Shown here: positions 25,088 through 38,492 of the stretch, one piece after another | Layout of the letters: the number at the start of each line of letters is the position of its first letter | Numbering within the stretch: the stretch's first letter is position 1 | Source: Octopus vulgaris | Taxonomy: Eukaryota | NCBI GenBank assembly: GCA_951406725.2 | Contig: OX597828.1 | Span: 26,350,001 to 26,414,000 of the forward strand | DNA: 64,000 bases | Reading direction: 5' to 3' | Notes under the pieces: generated by a model | The model's input: only the letters and a program-made list of their open reading frames with translations | Database searches by the model: none | What the model was told of the DNA's origin: nothing | Program-made: the position numbers and the translations under genes

Positions 25088-25769
25088 ATGCATGTAAGAA
25101 TAATAATAATAATAATGATAATAATAATAATAATCATAATAATAATAATAATAATAATAAAAATAATAATAATGATAATAATAATAATAATAACAAATCT
25201 ATATTAATAAAAGGAAGTAAAACTTCTTCATATTAATTAAATGTTCATAGTATGTATCTGAGCAGAAGATCACATACTTGTGTAGAAAGAGATAGCTAAA
25301 AGTGTTGTTGAAGGGAAGGTCAGAAATGGTGCAAAAACATTGCTCACTACAACTGGTAAACTTATGCTGGTGCAAAAAAGCAGATAATAAAATAAGGACG
25401 AATATTAACTGAATATATTAGTAAGTTCTTAAACAGAAAGGGCTACCTTAATCTTGGGAAAATAGAACAAAATTTATGTTTCTCAGATGTAGTCTATGAA
25501 ATGGTTATAAGGCAATTTACAGTGTGAGTCAGTAAGAGTTGTTAAGCATTATCTTAATTCTCTTATGGCAATATAGGAGAGTCACTGGAGCAGAGTCTCT
25601 ATAATCTGAGTCTTCAGTTCTAAGGAGATATTGACAAGAGATGGTAAATTCAGGTCTGCCGTCAACTGGTGAAACTTATGTGTACAGCATAACTGTTGAT
25701 TAAGGGCAAACCAAATGCTGTGAATGGGAATTCAGGTGACATTTTATCAATACACAAGTGTCTATATAA

Positions 25770-25824
<55 letters not shown>

Positions 25825-26267
25825 TGCATGCGCACACACACACACAGACAAACACTCACATATATATACACATTACATATATATATATTTATTTATAAGC
25901 ATACAAACACACACATGTGCTTGCACATTTATACAAAGGTCATTCACTTACTTACACATTTTTTTCTTAGTATGTACTTAAAAAAAAAAAGAAAAGGAAA
26001 GGAAAAAAGCAGGATTTTAATTGATTTACATACTTAGTTGCTTATTGTGTAAAGATAATTTATTAAATATTATAATTCTTTTTTCTGTTTTTAAGGAATA
26101 ACTAAAGGTAAAAATAATTAGATTTCTGTAATAACTAGGAAGAAAGAAAATAAAACTCACAGACATATTCTGTCCATTAGATTATATATTAACATAAGCA
26201 ACATACTTTCAAAATCTATATATATATACATACACACACAGAAAATACATAATTATGAATGTATATC

Positions 26268-26278
26268 TATCTATCTAG

Positions 26279-26318
<40 letters not shown>

Positions 26319-26329
26319 CTAGATAGATA
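26268..26329. other. Perfect 62 bp palindrome centred on (AT)18
   Basis: tatctatctagct-(at)18-agctagatagata; the arms are exact reverse complements. Confidence 0.9.
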
Positions 26330-26514
26330 TATATATATATATATATATGATATGCAAATTTGATTTTACAAACAGTAAATAGTAGAAATGGAACCTGACA
26401 CACAAGACAGAGTATTTGTATTTTGCATTGGCCAAGGTGCTAAAGTGACTCAAGGGCCTAGAGTTTTGTGTCAATGCATTTATCAAACTGAGAAGTGCAT
26501 TGACATGAAATGCT

Positions 26515-26594
<80 letters not shown>

Positions 26595-26857
26595 TATACA
26601 TACACAGACACAAAATAAAAACGTGGGCAGTTGTTCAATGTGATAAGCAGATTTACTGGGAAAAATTCAAGACCATTGTTATACTTCTCTCATAACTGTA
26701 AACAATGAATGAACGAATATGCACACACACACACATATATATATATACACATGTATGTACGTTTATGTCAGCAGGATTATTTTGCTATTATGCCATTGAC
26801 ACGTAAATAAACAAAGATTACATTTACAATAAATTAAGATGAGACTAAACTGAGAGA

Positions 26858-26897
<40 letters not shown>

Positions 26898-27563
26898 AGA
26901 GAGAGAGAGAAAGTTGGATCCTCATTGCCATCAATAACAATAGGTGACAGAGAGAGATTGATTGAGGTGTTATAGCTAAAAGAGAATGTATAATGGAATC
27001 TAAACATGATGATGGTGGTGGTGGAGGAGGAGGAGAAGGAGGACGACGACGAAGAGGAGGTGGTGGTGGTGGTGGAGAGAGAAGGGACGAGAAGAAAGAT
27101 TAAGAAATAATGCCTATGTTGACCCTGAGAAAAGAATCTGTAGAAACACTCAGAGTAGATTAAATGACAGGAAATAGTAAGGAAGAGATTTCATAATAGT
27201 AAAAGAGAGAGAGGGGGGAGAGAGAGCTGTTGAAGGGGCAACACAAGGTGTCAGATTTCTTCAATAAAAGGAGAAGACAAGATGTTCATGCCTTATCAAA
27301 GACATTCATTGTATATATATATAAAAAAAAAAAGTGAAACGGATTTCCAATCAGGAATCGGAATGAAGTCGTAGACTTGATTTTCACCGTCACTGGCATT
27401 CCATGCTACAGTTGCATATGCAGTAGATAGGGATATGTAATGAAAGCCACAAGTTCACATGGCAGGCAAAATATGATTCTGTGATGTTCATGCCTTTCCA
27501 ACAGTTATGTAAATGAAGGGTTAAACTTTCTACATTAATCCTATCCAGCACATATATATATAT

Positions 27564-27712
27564 TGGTATTAGGATGGGCATCCGGCCATGGAATCCATAG
27601 CAAAGCAGAAATTGTAGCACAAGGCTCTCCTTGAACCCATTAGACCCTATCAAACTGACCAATCCATGCCAACATGGAAGATGAATATTAAAAGATGATG
27701 ATGATGATGACA
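27564..27712 (+). mobile_element. RTE 3' end with (GAT)n tail, degraded
   Basis: tggtattaggatgggcatccggccatggaa...ccaatccatgccaacatggaagatgaatattaaa(gat)n. Confidence 0.75.
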
Positions 27713-27885
27713 ATATTGAATTTTCCCATTAGCATAAGGCCACAGTTTTGTTGGGGGTAGTTGGGTGAATTGACTTAATGGTTGAGGGTGGAGGATCAGC
27801 TCTAGTTCCATATGAACTTAGAACACAAAGGATATGAAACAAAATACTGTATCATACTTGCTTCAGAGCTCTTTTAATTTGATAT

Positions 27886-28308
27886 GTTTATCTTTTACTT
27901 GGACTGTGGCCAGGCTGGAGCACTGCCTTAGAGGGTTTAATTAATCAAATCAACCCCAGGACTTATTTCTAAAGTCTGGTATTTATTCTATGAGTCTTTT
28001 CTTTTTTTTTTTACCAAATTGCTAAGCTACAAGGATGTAAACAAACCAATACTGGTTGTCAAGCAGTTATGATGAACAAACACAGTAACACATACACACA
28101 TATGAACATACTTATACATGTTCACACACACACACACACATATATGATGGTCTTCCACACAGTTTCTGTCTACCAAATCCACTCACAAGGCATTGGTTGG
28201 CCTGGGTCTATAGTAGAAGACACTTGCCCAAGGTACCATGCAGTGGGATTGAACCCAAAACAACATGGATGCAAAGCAAGCTTCTTAACCACACAGCCAT
28301 GCCTGCAC
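27886..28308 (-). mobile_element. Family B SINE, full length
   Basis: Reverse complement of the element type at 41718-42110: agaagacacttgcccaaggtaccatgcagtgggattgaaccc...cttaaccacacagccatgcctgc. Confidence 0.88.
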
Positions 28309-31300
28309 TTAAGAGTTAGTTGATGATTGCCACCATTCACTTAAAAAAACAGAAAAGGTAAAAGTGATTGTTGAAGCAAAAACAATGACAAATTGTTTAG
28401 TTTTATATTCAGACAAGTGGCTGAATATTCCACAGACATAAATATCATTAAACGAAGAAATGTCATTGTTTTTATCACAGAGAACCATTCCAAAGAAGAA
28501 CCCTGGTTACCTACACACACACACACACACGCATTCAGATAAATATTATTAAATACAAGATTGTTAGATTGAGACAAGCAAAGAAATTTTAGTCGCTTCA
28601 TGATTCAAATAAACATCCATGGAAAAGGGTGAAAGTCCATTAATACCTGGCCATCAGTTTTAAATCAAACATTTCATTTACTATAATTTTTAATTATTCT
28701 CTAAAACTGCAAGCAATGTTAGACCTATTAGTTATTAATATCATTAGTGTGAGTAGATATTACGTTAATTACAACCAACGAAATATAAGAAGAGAAAGAA
28801 GTTAATTATTCTGTATTATTAATTAAGAAAATCCATCATAAACAACATCAGCCATATATTAGTAGAGAAGCTGTGATAGAGAAATGATGTTACCTTCTGA
28901 AAGGATTGCTTGAACTTCTGGAGAAAAACATACAAATGAGATATCAATTTCTAAAAGAACACACACACACACCACACGTGTGCGCGCACACACACACACA
29001 CACAGTACAATAAGAGAATAATAGTTTGCCAAGTGATCATTCATTACAGATCACAAAACTGATATAATTTAAAAAATGTAAACATGAAAAAACAGACAAC
29101 TGTCTTACAGTTTTTAAAAAAAAACTACTTTTATTATAGCTGTGGCTCTCATGTGAGATTCTTCATGACAAGAACCATCAAACACACACACACACATTGT
29201 ATATAAAAAAAAACAGAAAAACAGAAGAATTTCTTATTAGATTTTGCTTATGTTTTGTTTTTGGTCAAGAAAGAAAAAGTCCGAGCAGCAGCAGGGCAGC
29301 AATATGGGTCGGTCGGGAGATTTCATTTTTACTTTGCTGGTCTCAGGGGGGAAAACAAAAACTAATTATAATAAAAATGCAGAAAAGAATGCAAGCAACC
29401 AAAAGATTAACATTAATAACTTCTGCAAATGACTGATGCTTACTGAAACAATTTCTTGTAAACAATAAGAATACTGATTGAAATGAAAAACATAAACAAA
29501 AATATATAACTAAATAAATAAAACAAACGAGTGAATTTCTGTAGCGAGTAACCCCAAAATAATGAGGACTGACTATCTATCTATCATTAAGAGACTAACA
29601 GATAAATCATTTTATTCATTTACTGACTGACTGACTAAACTGAGTGATCTACTTTTCTCTGCCAAGAATTGTTTATGTTAATTTCCTCCAAAGAGGCAGA
29701 TACATTTCTTTCTTTTTATTAGATCTTTCAAAAGACATTCTTATTAATTAGCAACATATCAGCACAAATCTGGACGAGCTCCAATCTAGTTTATAAAACT
29801 AATAATTTTCAATAGACAAACTGTGTATCTGAGGCCAAAATGGAGCGGTAACAATGTTCTCTAAGCCATGATTGAAGTATAAAAACATGCCAAAAAAACA
29901 ATTCATTAAGACAAACAAGATATTAAACAAAAAGACAAAATAAGAGAGAGAGACAAAAAAACAACAAAACAAAATTGTCTCGTAAGAAATAAAGTTCGAT
30001 TGGCATTGCTAGGTTCCAAAAAGTTAAATTGATTCACATTTTTCTTTAACAATGGAACTTTTACTATCTAAATATCTTATTTGAAATTTCCCCGATTTTA
30101 AACTTCGGTTACATTATTCTAATCAAAAGAAAGCTTCATTAAAGAAAGACCAATTATGAGAATAGCGAAATAAAATGTAAACTTTACAAGTTTGAAAACA
30201 AAAGTGTCAACAAAATCAGATTTAAAATAAGATGAAAAAATAAATGGCACATCAAGGAAGGTAAGAGTTGTTGCTTGTAATGCAATGGAATAATATTTTT
30301 TAACCTCATGACTGTTTTGACAGAGAGTAATGACTCAAACACTGGTGAAATATTTTCAAACTAATTAGCAAACAATTAAAGCTAGATCTCAACTAAAATA
30401 ATTCCCAAAATAAAGATATTGGGAGATGGAAGAAGGACTTTTCCAACATCCACAATAATATATTTTTCAAGAAATGTAACGGCAAACATCAAGTCAATCT
30501 GAAATTCTATTTTGAATCCAAGAGTCAAGACCAACTGAAGAATAATGAGTTTTAATAGAAGAATTGCGAAAGAATGGAACATAAAACTGCAATTGAAAGA
30601 GGTTTAAAAAGGAAAAAAAAGAACATATTTTTCTCCTTTATTGAAATAATTATTATAGATGATAGTTACTTGTTTTTGATAGAATTTTCTAAAAATACAG
30701 AGCAGCATTGGTTTATTGCATAGGAAATGGGACAAATTAAAATGATTAAGTAAATTGAAATAAAACAGTTGGAAACAGTTCGTAAAGAGACAGAGCAAAC
30801 ACATGTAAAAAAAATGAAACAGCAGAGTTAAGACCAATTTGGGAAAATAGAACAATTATTTAACAGTCATGTATTCCAACTGTACAAGAGAGTAATGGAT
30901 GTTTAATAATAATAATAATAATAAAGCACAATAAGGAAAAATCACTAAAGAGTCCAGAAACTTTGAAAATAATTTTTAATGAACAGTCGACATCGAAATA
31001 CACACACGCACACACACACAATTGAAATTATGTATTGATGAATGACTTAACTTGAATGCTAAACAAAAAACAAAAAAAAAAGCTAATGAACACCTTATCT
31101 TCAACATTAAGAAAATGAGGTTTCTCTCACAAACTGGAAAAGGCAGCAAGCAGAGAAGCTGGCTGCAGAGAGCTGCTGTTTAAGCTAAGCAGTGAACAAT
31201 GTGGAAGGAGAATGTTTCATCAGGACAAGAATCAAAACAAACAACAAAGAAGGAAAAACTCAAGATCCAATATATTTGTCCACTTCTCAATGGGAATCAA

Positions 31301-32659
31301 TTGCCAAGCAGACATGATCCACCCAGTCTGAAGGAGTGGAGGAGAAGAGTTTATTCAATTAGCTTGGCCATTTCAAGTCTCCTTCTTCTTATCAAGGAGC
31401 TTCTATTTCAGAAGCCCTAGAAGCCATTTGTGTATTTTTAATCACAGAAAGTGAAAGACACAAGAACCGTAAATAACAGGACTGATTGTTGTTCTAATTT
31501 ACCATGTAATTCACTTTGGAAATATGGAAAGAAAGAAAGAAAGAAAGAAAGGTGAAAGTGAAAGTGAAAGTAAAGGGTATTTAGATCACAACTGAGCCTA
31601 TAAATCTTGGTTTATCAGGACAAACTAAATTAATAAGAAACAAAGGTGCAAAACAGAAGAAATATAACAGAAATCAAGTTTAAAAAAGAAATAAATACAA
31701 AAAGGAAACTCTTCGTTTTTATAAGAAACCACAATGTTTATTTACTAGATTTTAATTTTATAAGTCGGTCAACTAAAAAGAACGGAAAATTAATCAAGAC
31801 TTGTTAAAAAGGATTCTGCAGATGGAGAAAAATGAAGATTTTTGGAAGAATGAACAAAGTTCATAGCTATTTGAAAATTCAAATTAAGAATTAAAAAAAG
31901 GAAGATGATAAGAAAATATAGATAGCAATTGGGTTTGTTCTTTTTTTTCTTATTTGTTAATATTTTCACTCTCAGTTAAATTTAAAGAAATTCCAGGAAT
32001 AAAATAGGATGTATTATTCTTGAAAGGCTAAGAGATTTTAGAAATTAAAAATAAAAAAAAAAACTTTGTAAAAGAGGAAGGACAAGGAAAAATAAACCAG
32101 AAAACAATAAATTCTGGAATGATTATTGAACAAAAATAAAACTGCAGACATTAAAAACAAAACAAATATTTAAAAAAAATCCTGTTGAATTATAATTAAC
32201 ATTAGAGTTTTCTTATGAATATAAATTCCATACTTATGTTATTATTGCTTATATAAGAAGAAGAAGAAAAAAAAAGCGAGAGAGAAACAAAACAAAAAAA
32301 AAAAAAGAACTACAGTTAATAATATTTGGGAAGAAAACGATGATGACGAGGATAAAATATGAACAGAAAAGAAATGAAAAATAGAAGAAGCAGCAGAAAT
32401 TCCAACTTCATCAAAACAGATATATTTCAAATAACAATAGTTCTTATTGTCACTTTCTTTCTGCAGTCAACAAATATTCATTGTTTGCAATAATTTTGCA
32501 TACTTTTGATTTTTGCGCTTTTGCGCATTTTGATTCTTTAATTTTTTTTTCTCTTCATTTTATTTATCTATTTATTTTACATTTTTATTACAATAATGTA
32601 ATCATCTGGAATGTGAAATAGTTAATTAGTTTGTTTGAAAGTAGAATCCAACATTTGCT

Positions 32660-32669
32660 ATTATTATCA

Positions 32670-32740
<71 letters not shown>

Positions 32741-32745
32741 TATTA
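32660..32745. repeat. (ATT)n microsatellite
   Basis: Read directly from the sequence. Confidence 0.95.
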
Positions 32746-35700
32746 TGTGCAAGTGATATGGAGAGTATTTCTCAGGTCAAAAGACTATTGTGATTAAGTG
32801 TGTGTGTGCGTGGGGGGTGGGTGAATAAGTGTATAACACATCTTCGTTCCCAAAGGATTTTTAAGGATAATTCAAAAGAATTTCTGAATGAATGAATGAA
32901 TGAATGAAACTGAAAAAAATAAATAAGAAACTACATAATATATAGAATAAGTGTTTGGATAGGTTAAAAGTAGGTTAAAATGAATAGTTTTGGTGGTGGT
33001 GATAAGAGAAAACGGTGGTTTATTAAGGTGAATATCGAAAACATATTGTCTCTTTTAAGAGCAGCCAAATACTTGAAGAGAATGAAGTAGTTTCGATGGC
33101 AAGATTTGAGCATGGATAAAGGCAGCAGCAGCAGCAGCAGAAGCAGCAGCAGCTCTGTTGCAGAGGGAGAAGATCGTGTAAGAAGATCTTATAGATTTAT
33201 TGAGAGAATGAGACCAGAGTTGATTTAGAAGACATAATAGTAATGATATTTTTAAACTGAAAGTGAGAATGGACTGGTCCAAGGTCAAAGAGCATAAAGT
33301 GATGAGATTTAGGCTTTTTGTTTGATAAAAGATTGTCAAAACTATGGAATTGCAGGTAGACGAATGAACTGCATTGTTACAAGCTGTCAAACGACATAAT
33401 GGTCAGGATAAAAGTGTGTTGTTGTTGTTGTTATTATTATTATTATTATTATTAATGTTGTCGATAAAAATCAACTCGGGAGAAAGAAATAACACTGCAT
33501 GGTTGAAACTAAAAATTGTTGAAAAATAAAGTTGAAACCTAGTTGAAAGTTTGGCAACTAGTTCCAGGGAAGAAGAAGAACAAAAAGAAGTTACCCCCCC
33601 CACACACACACACACAGAGGCCTTGATATAATGACAAGATACTGTGGATCTCGAAGTACTAAATCTTACACACACACACATATACATCTACTTAGTGTTA
33701 TACCTATATATGGAAATAGTTGGCAATCAATCATTTATCCCTTCTTCTTATTATCATTATTATTTTAAATCAGTTTAATTAAAGATCAACAGATAGTTTT
33801 TGTTGCTTTTGTTGTTATCATTTATTCATTTTTTTATATTTTTTAAGTGATAAACTAACAATAACAGAGAGAAAATATTTGGGCAATTTTTTCTGTTTCT
33901 AAATTTGAAATGAAATTACTGTTTTCTTTTTTGGGGGTTTCTTTTGTTTTGTTGGCAGGATGGAGTGTGGGTGGGGGGTGGAGTAATTAACATGAATGAA
34001 CATTACTATTAATATCATCATTAGGATTTATTGTTATCATTTGAAATATCTAAGCTCTGCTTTGATGAGACAGATTCATAAAGGAAAAAAATAAATAAAT
34101 AAATAAATTACAAAATGAAAAAAATAAAATTTTGAAATGAAAAACTACAACAAAAACAAAAAAAAAACAAAAAACAAAACAAAAAGTGATAAAGAGGTAC
34201 AATAAATTATAATGACTTAGATGATGAAATGATTCAAATAGAGACCAAGAAATAAAGTAACAACTCATATCAGAACAAGAAGCAGAGATCAGTGAATCTT
34301 CTTTATACACTTGCTATAAATTGAATAGATAACAGTTGGAGAGTAAGTACATAGAGAAGCAAGTTAGTAAGCATGTTTTTTGAAGCTGTAATGATTGTGT
34401 TTTTGTTACAAGGGTGACATCACTGCTATACTAAATTTTATATCTCTTGACATCACTTAGAAACACCAACTTCTCTTTCTTACTTTTTTTTTCTTTTGGT
34501 AATACTTTTGTTTGGGTAGTTTTTTTTTTTTTCTATTATTTCTTATTTCTTTCTTCTCCATTTTTACCATCTCCTTCTCCGACTGCAAATATTTCATGAA
34601 GGAAGAAAAAGAAAAAAAAAAGAAGAAGAATCTCCCAGAGGGAGTGGAATCAAGCCCAAAAAGCAGCACATTAAATGCCAGTGAGCCCATTTAAAGCTAT
34701 TAGCATGAAAGGGTCATACCATTAAGGGCAAAACAAAAGCATCGAGAAATATCTGAGAGGCCATTATAGAGCAGTTTTGCAGACTTGAGGTTTCTTTCAG
34801 CAGTTTTGTAGCAGGGATGGTTATACTTTCAAGGTTCTGTAAAGTGTATGAGTGTGTGTGTGTGTGTGTATGTATATACACACACATGTATGTATACATA
34901 TGTATGTATGTATGTGTGTGTGTGTTTGTATGTATGTATATGCATGTACACATGTTTGGAAAACAAGTTATGACCACATTCACAGCAGTTTTATCTAGCA
35001 AACAGAGCAAGATTTCAAAATAGAACTCACACATACACATTACTTGACATATGCACGTATGCACATGCACACAGACATGCACACAGACACACACACACAC
35101 ACACTGCAGTTCAGTACAGCTACGCCATTAAGTGATATACTGCAATATATATTGCTGAATTACACACACATTACAAGATAATCTAATATCTTAAATGGGA
35201 TAAGAACGAAAACCACCACAAACAACCAGAACAACAACAACATTAGCAAGAAGAAGAACAACACATATACCTATATAGATAGACAGATAGTCAGTAAAAT
35301 TGTCCATGTCATAGACATAGATATAAATCCTTTTGTAGGCTAAAAATAATTGCCTAGACTTTGTAAAGTAATAGTAGTTTAGTAGCTACAGAAATAGCTT
35401 GAGCTATGCCTTTACAGTATATAATAGTTGTGCATTGATGCAGCTCTGGTTGAAGACATCACAGCAACATTAACACGCTTTCTAAGCTGCTTACATTATC
35501 TTGATCAGGGTCAACATAGTAAGGAGCAAAACAACCTGGGAATTAAAAAAACAACAACAAAAAAACTCAACTTCCCACTGAATTTTTTTTTTTTTGGTGG
35601 GGCTTTTTTTTTTTTCACCTTTTCTCACTGGCTATGTTAATGCATGTATATGGATGCATGCATGCACACACATACAGATGCATGCACGTAGAAAGAGAAC

Positions 35701-36817
35701 CCGGCCACACATCAAAAACACTTGTAGTAAAATCTTGCTTTGTGATGTCTAAAATTTGCCTGTTCAAAAAAGTGGCCACTTCTCTTGCTGATATCAGAAT
35801 TAAAATAGTTTTCCTTTGTCCTTTTTTTTTTTTTTGTTTCTTTTTGAAAAATAATTCTTTGTTGAGCTTGAGCTAATCAAAAACTGCATCTTCAGCTGTG
35901 TTCCACAAAGGCTGCAATTATGGTGAATTTCAATTCAAATTTTATATTGCAAACACACACACACACACGCACACACACACAAAATTAAATAATAATGATA
36001 ATGGTAACAAAAATATTTTGAACTCTACAATGAGCAGAAAAAAATTCAAATTAACCAAAAGTATGCACGCACACACACACACACAGATAGATAGATAGAT
36101 ATACATATATATATATATATATACATGTATTCGCAAATAAATAGTAAACTAAAATGAAAAAACAAAATGAAAATAAACATGAGTAAAATGTAAGCTTTTT
36201 AAGTGAGAAACGAAAATAAAATGAAAAATTAATTATAAAATAAAAGTATAAATTGCAAAAGAAAACACAAAGTCCCAAAATGAATGTGTGTGTGTGTGTG
36301 TGTACAAGTGTATATATATATATGTATAATTAGAAACAAAATATGTGATAGCTTTAAAATAACATTTCAAATAATTTTATCACTCTTTTAATAAAACATA
36401 ATGGTAAGATTGAAGACGTTGCAATAGGAAATGCAAACATGCTCTTACTGTAATGCACAATGCAAAACTTGTTGTTTCTTTCCTTTTGTGGCTGGTGGAG
36501 AGGGAAGGAGGTGGGGAGGCTTAATGCATCATGGAATGGTAAAACTGGAATCAGCTTCTGATCTTTCCCAAGAAATAAATATATAAGCAAGGAAAAAAAA
36601 TCATGCTTATACTGAGTGAGTGAGTAAGAGAGAGAGAAAGAGAGAGAGAGAGAGAAAGAAAGAGAGAGAGAGAGGCAATCGAGTGGAGTCAGTAAGTAGA
36701 GTTTCTGAAGATTTGGTCGCAAAAACATAAAGACAAGCTGTTATTCAGATCGGCCATGCTACAACAAGATTGTTGATTATGGAGATAATTCGGCTGATAC
36801 TTTAGATATCAGGTGAG

Positions 36818-36848
<31 letters not shown>

Positions 36849-37213
36849 GAACACACACAACTAAAAAAGAAAAAAACACTGGCTATAACTGAGAGTAAAA
36901 ATTCTTGTCATCTTCATCACAAAAAAAAAAAAAAATGAGAAAAAAAAAGAAACAGCAAAAAATTATGAAAACAAAATATAAAACAGTTTTTTTTAAACAC
37001 ATGAGATATCAGATTTTGTGTGTGTCTGTGTGTGTGTGTGCACGCGCGCATGCGCACGCGTGCGCTATACTAAGAAATTTGTTAGAAATATTTTTCCCCA
37101 CCACTTGTGTATCACACCAAAAGCACATCAAGATAATGATTTTGATTTAGAGAGAGAGCGAGAGAGATATATACACACAAATAAAATGTATATCATATAT
37201 ATATATATGTATA

Positions 37214-37251
<38 letters not shown>

Positions 37252-37584
37252 TATATGTATATATATATATATAAATATATATGATGTACATTTTATTTGT
37301 GTGTATATGTATGTATCATATTACTCTTTTGTTTGTTTCAGTCATAGAACAGTGGCCATGCTGGGGCACAACCTTTTTTTTTAAAAAAAAGGACCTTGAT
37401 GGGACTTGAACTCAGAATGTAAAAGAGTCAGAACAAATATTGCTTGCCATTCTGCCTATCATGTTAATGTCTACCAAAATGCCTTTATTGCTCATAAACG
37501 TCTTCATATACATAATATTCATGTCCCATGCTGGCATGCATGTGCACATATGTGTGTGTATATATGTATATATATGTGTGTGTG

Positions 37585-37638
<54 letters not shown>

Positions 37639-37786
37639 ATTCTTATGTCATGAATGGCAAAAGCCGTAGTCATGTTCTATGGGCATGAATGCGTCTCTTG
37701 AGGTCTGCTGGTGCTTTGCAAATCTTTTGGCAAAGTGAATCCTCACACACACACACATACATTATTAGTATTATTATTATCTAAAC

Positions 37787-37937
37787 CAGTTTGATTTGGC
37801 CCCGTGGAACTTATAGGCTTCTTACAGAAACTCAGTTCATTGGGTTCAGTTAGCCAAAATATTTAACTGACCCCAATGAGATAAGTTTTTGTAAGAAGCC
37901 TGCAAAACTTTAAGTTGCATGAAGTGAAATCAAACTG
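37787..37937. other. ~150 bp foldback element (palindromic MITE-like or hairpin)
   Basis: Outer arms cagtttgattt / aaatcaaactg; inner arms aggcttcttacagaaact..tcattgggttcagtta / taactgaccccaatga..agtttttgtaagaagcct, with a ~10 nt loop. Confidence 0.8.
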
Positions 37938-38189
37938 TAAATAATAATATATTTAACTTCTATTGAATGTACTGACTGCCTTTTTCTTTCATTTATTCAC
38001 TCACCTGTGTAATTATGCATACATTATGGCTGCCCCCTCGTTATCGAGCATGGCCATTGCACGAAGCTTAACTGTTACTGGTGCTGTGATCGAATGTGAC
38101 TTTTTAGCCCAGCTAAAGATCTACAATGTCTTGTACAAAATTGGCAACTAGAACCTTAGATAGTTTCATGGGAGATTGGAGATGAATGA

Positions 38190-38492
38190 CACTGCTTGTA
38201 TGAGTGACAATCATTTACAACTATCATGGGATATAAAGATAAGGAAATACAAACATGCACACAACACACACATACACACACAACACAAACACACACAACA
38301 TACACACTTGAACAGAGACATCCAATGAGTTTTCAACACAGATTCTCTCCCAAGATTTCACTTGCAATCATTTGGCTAAGCTGAGGCTATGGCAAAAAAA
38401 AAAAAAAGGCACTTTGTTCAAGGTGTTGCATGTCAGGATCGAACCTGAAGACATGTAATTGGAAAGTGAACTCCCTAACCACACAGCCATGT
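38190..38492 (-). mobile_element. Family B SINE variant with a different 3' half
   Basis: cacttTgttcaaggtgttgcatgtcaggatcgaacctgaagacatg...ctaaccacacagccatg is the reverse head. It has an internal (CA)n and a second half gagtgacaatcatttacaactatc, which may extend to ~38030. Confidence 0.7.

Noticed and set aside
33121-33152. (GCA)n as a polyQ or polyA coding tract
   Set aside because: The surrounding frames close quickly and there is no convincing splice context.
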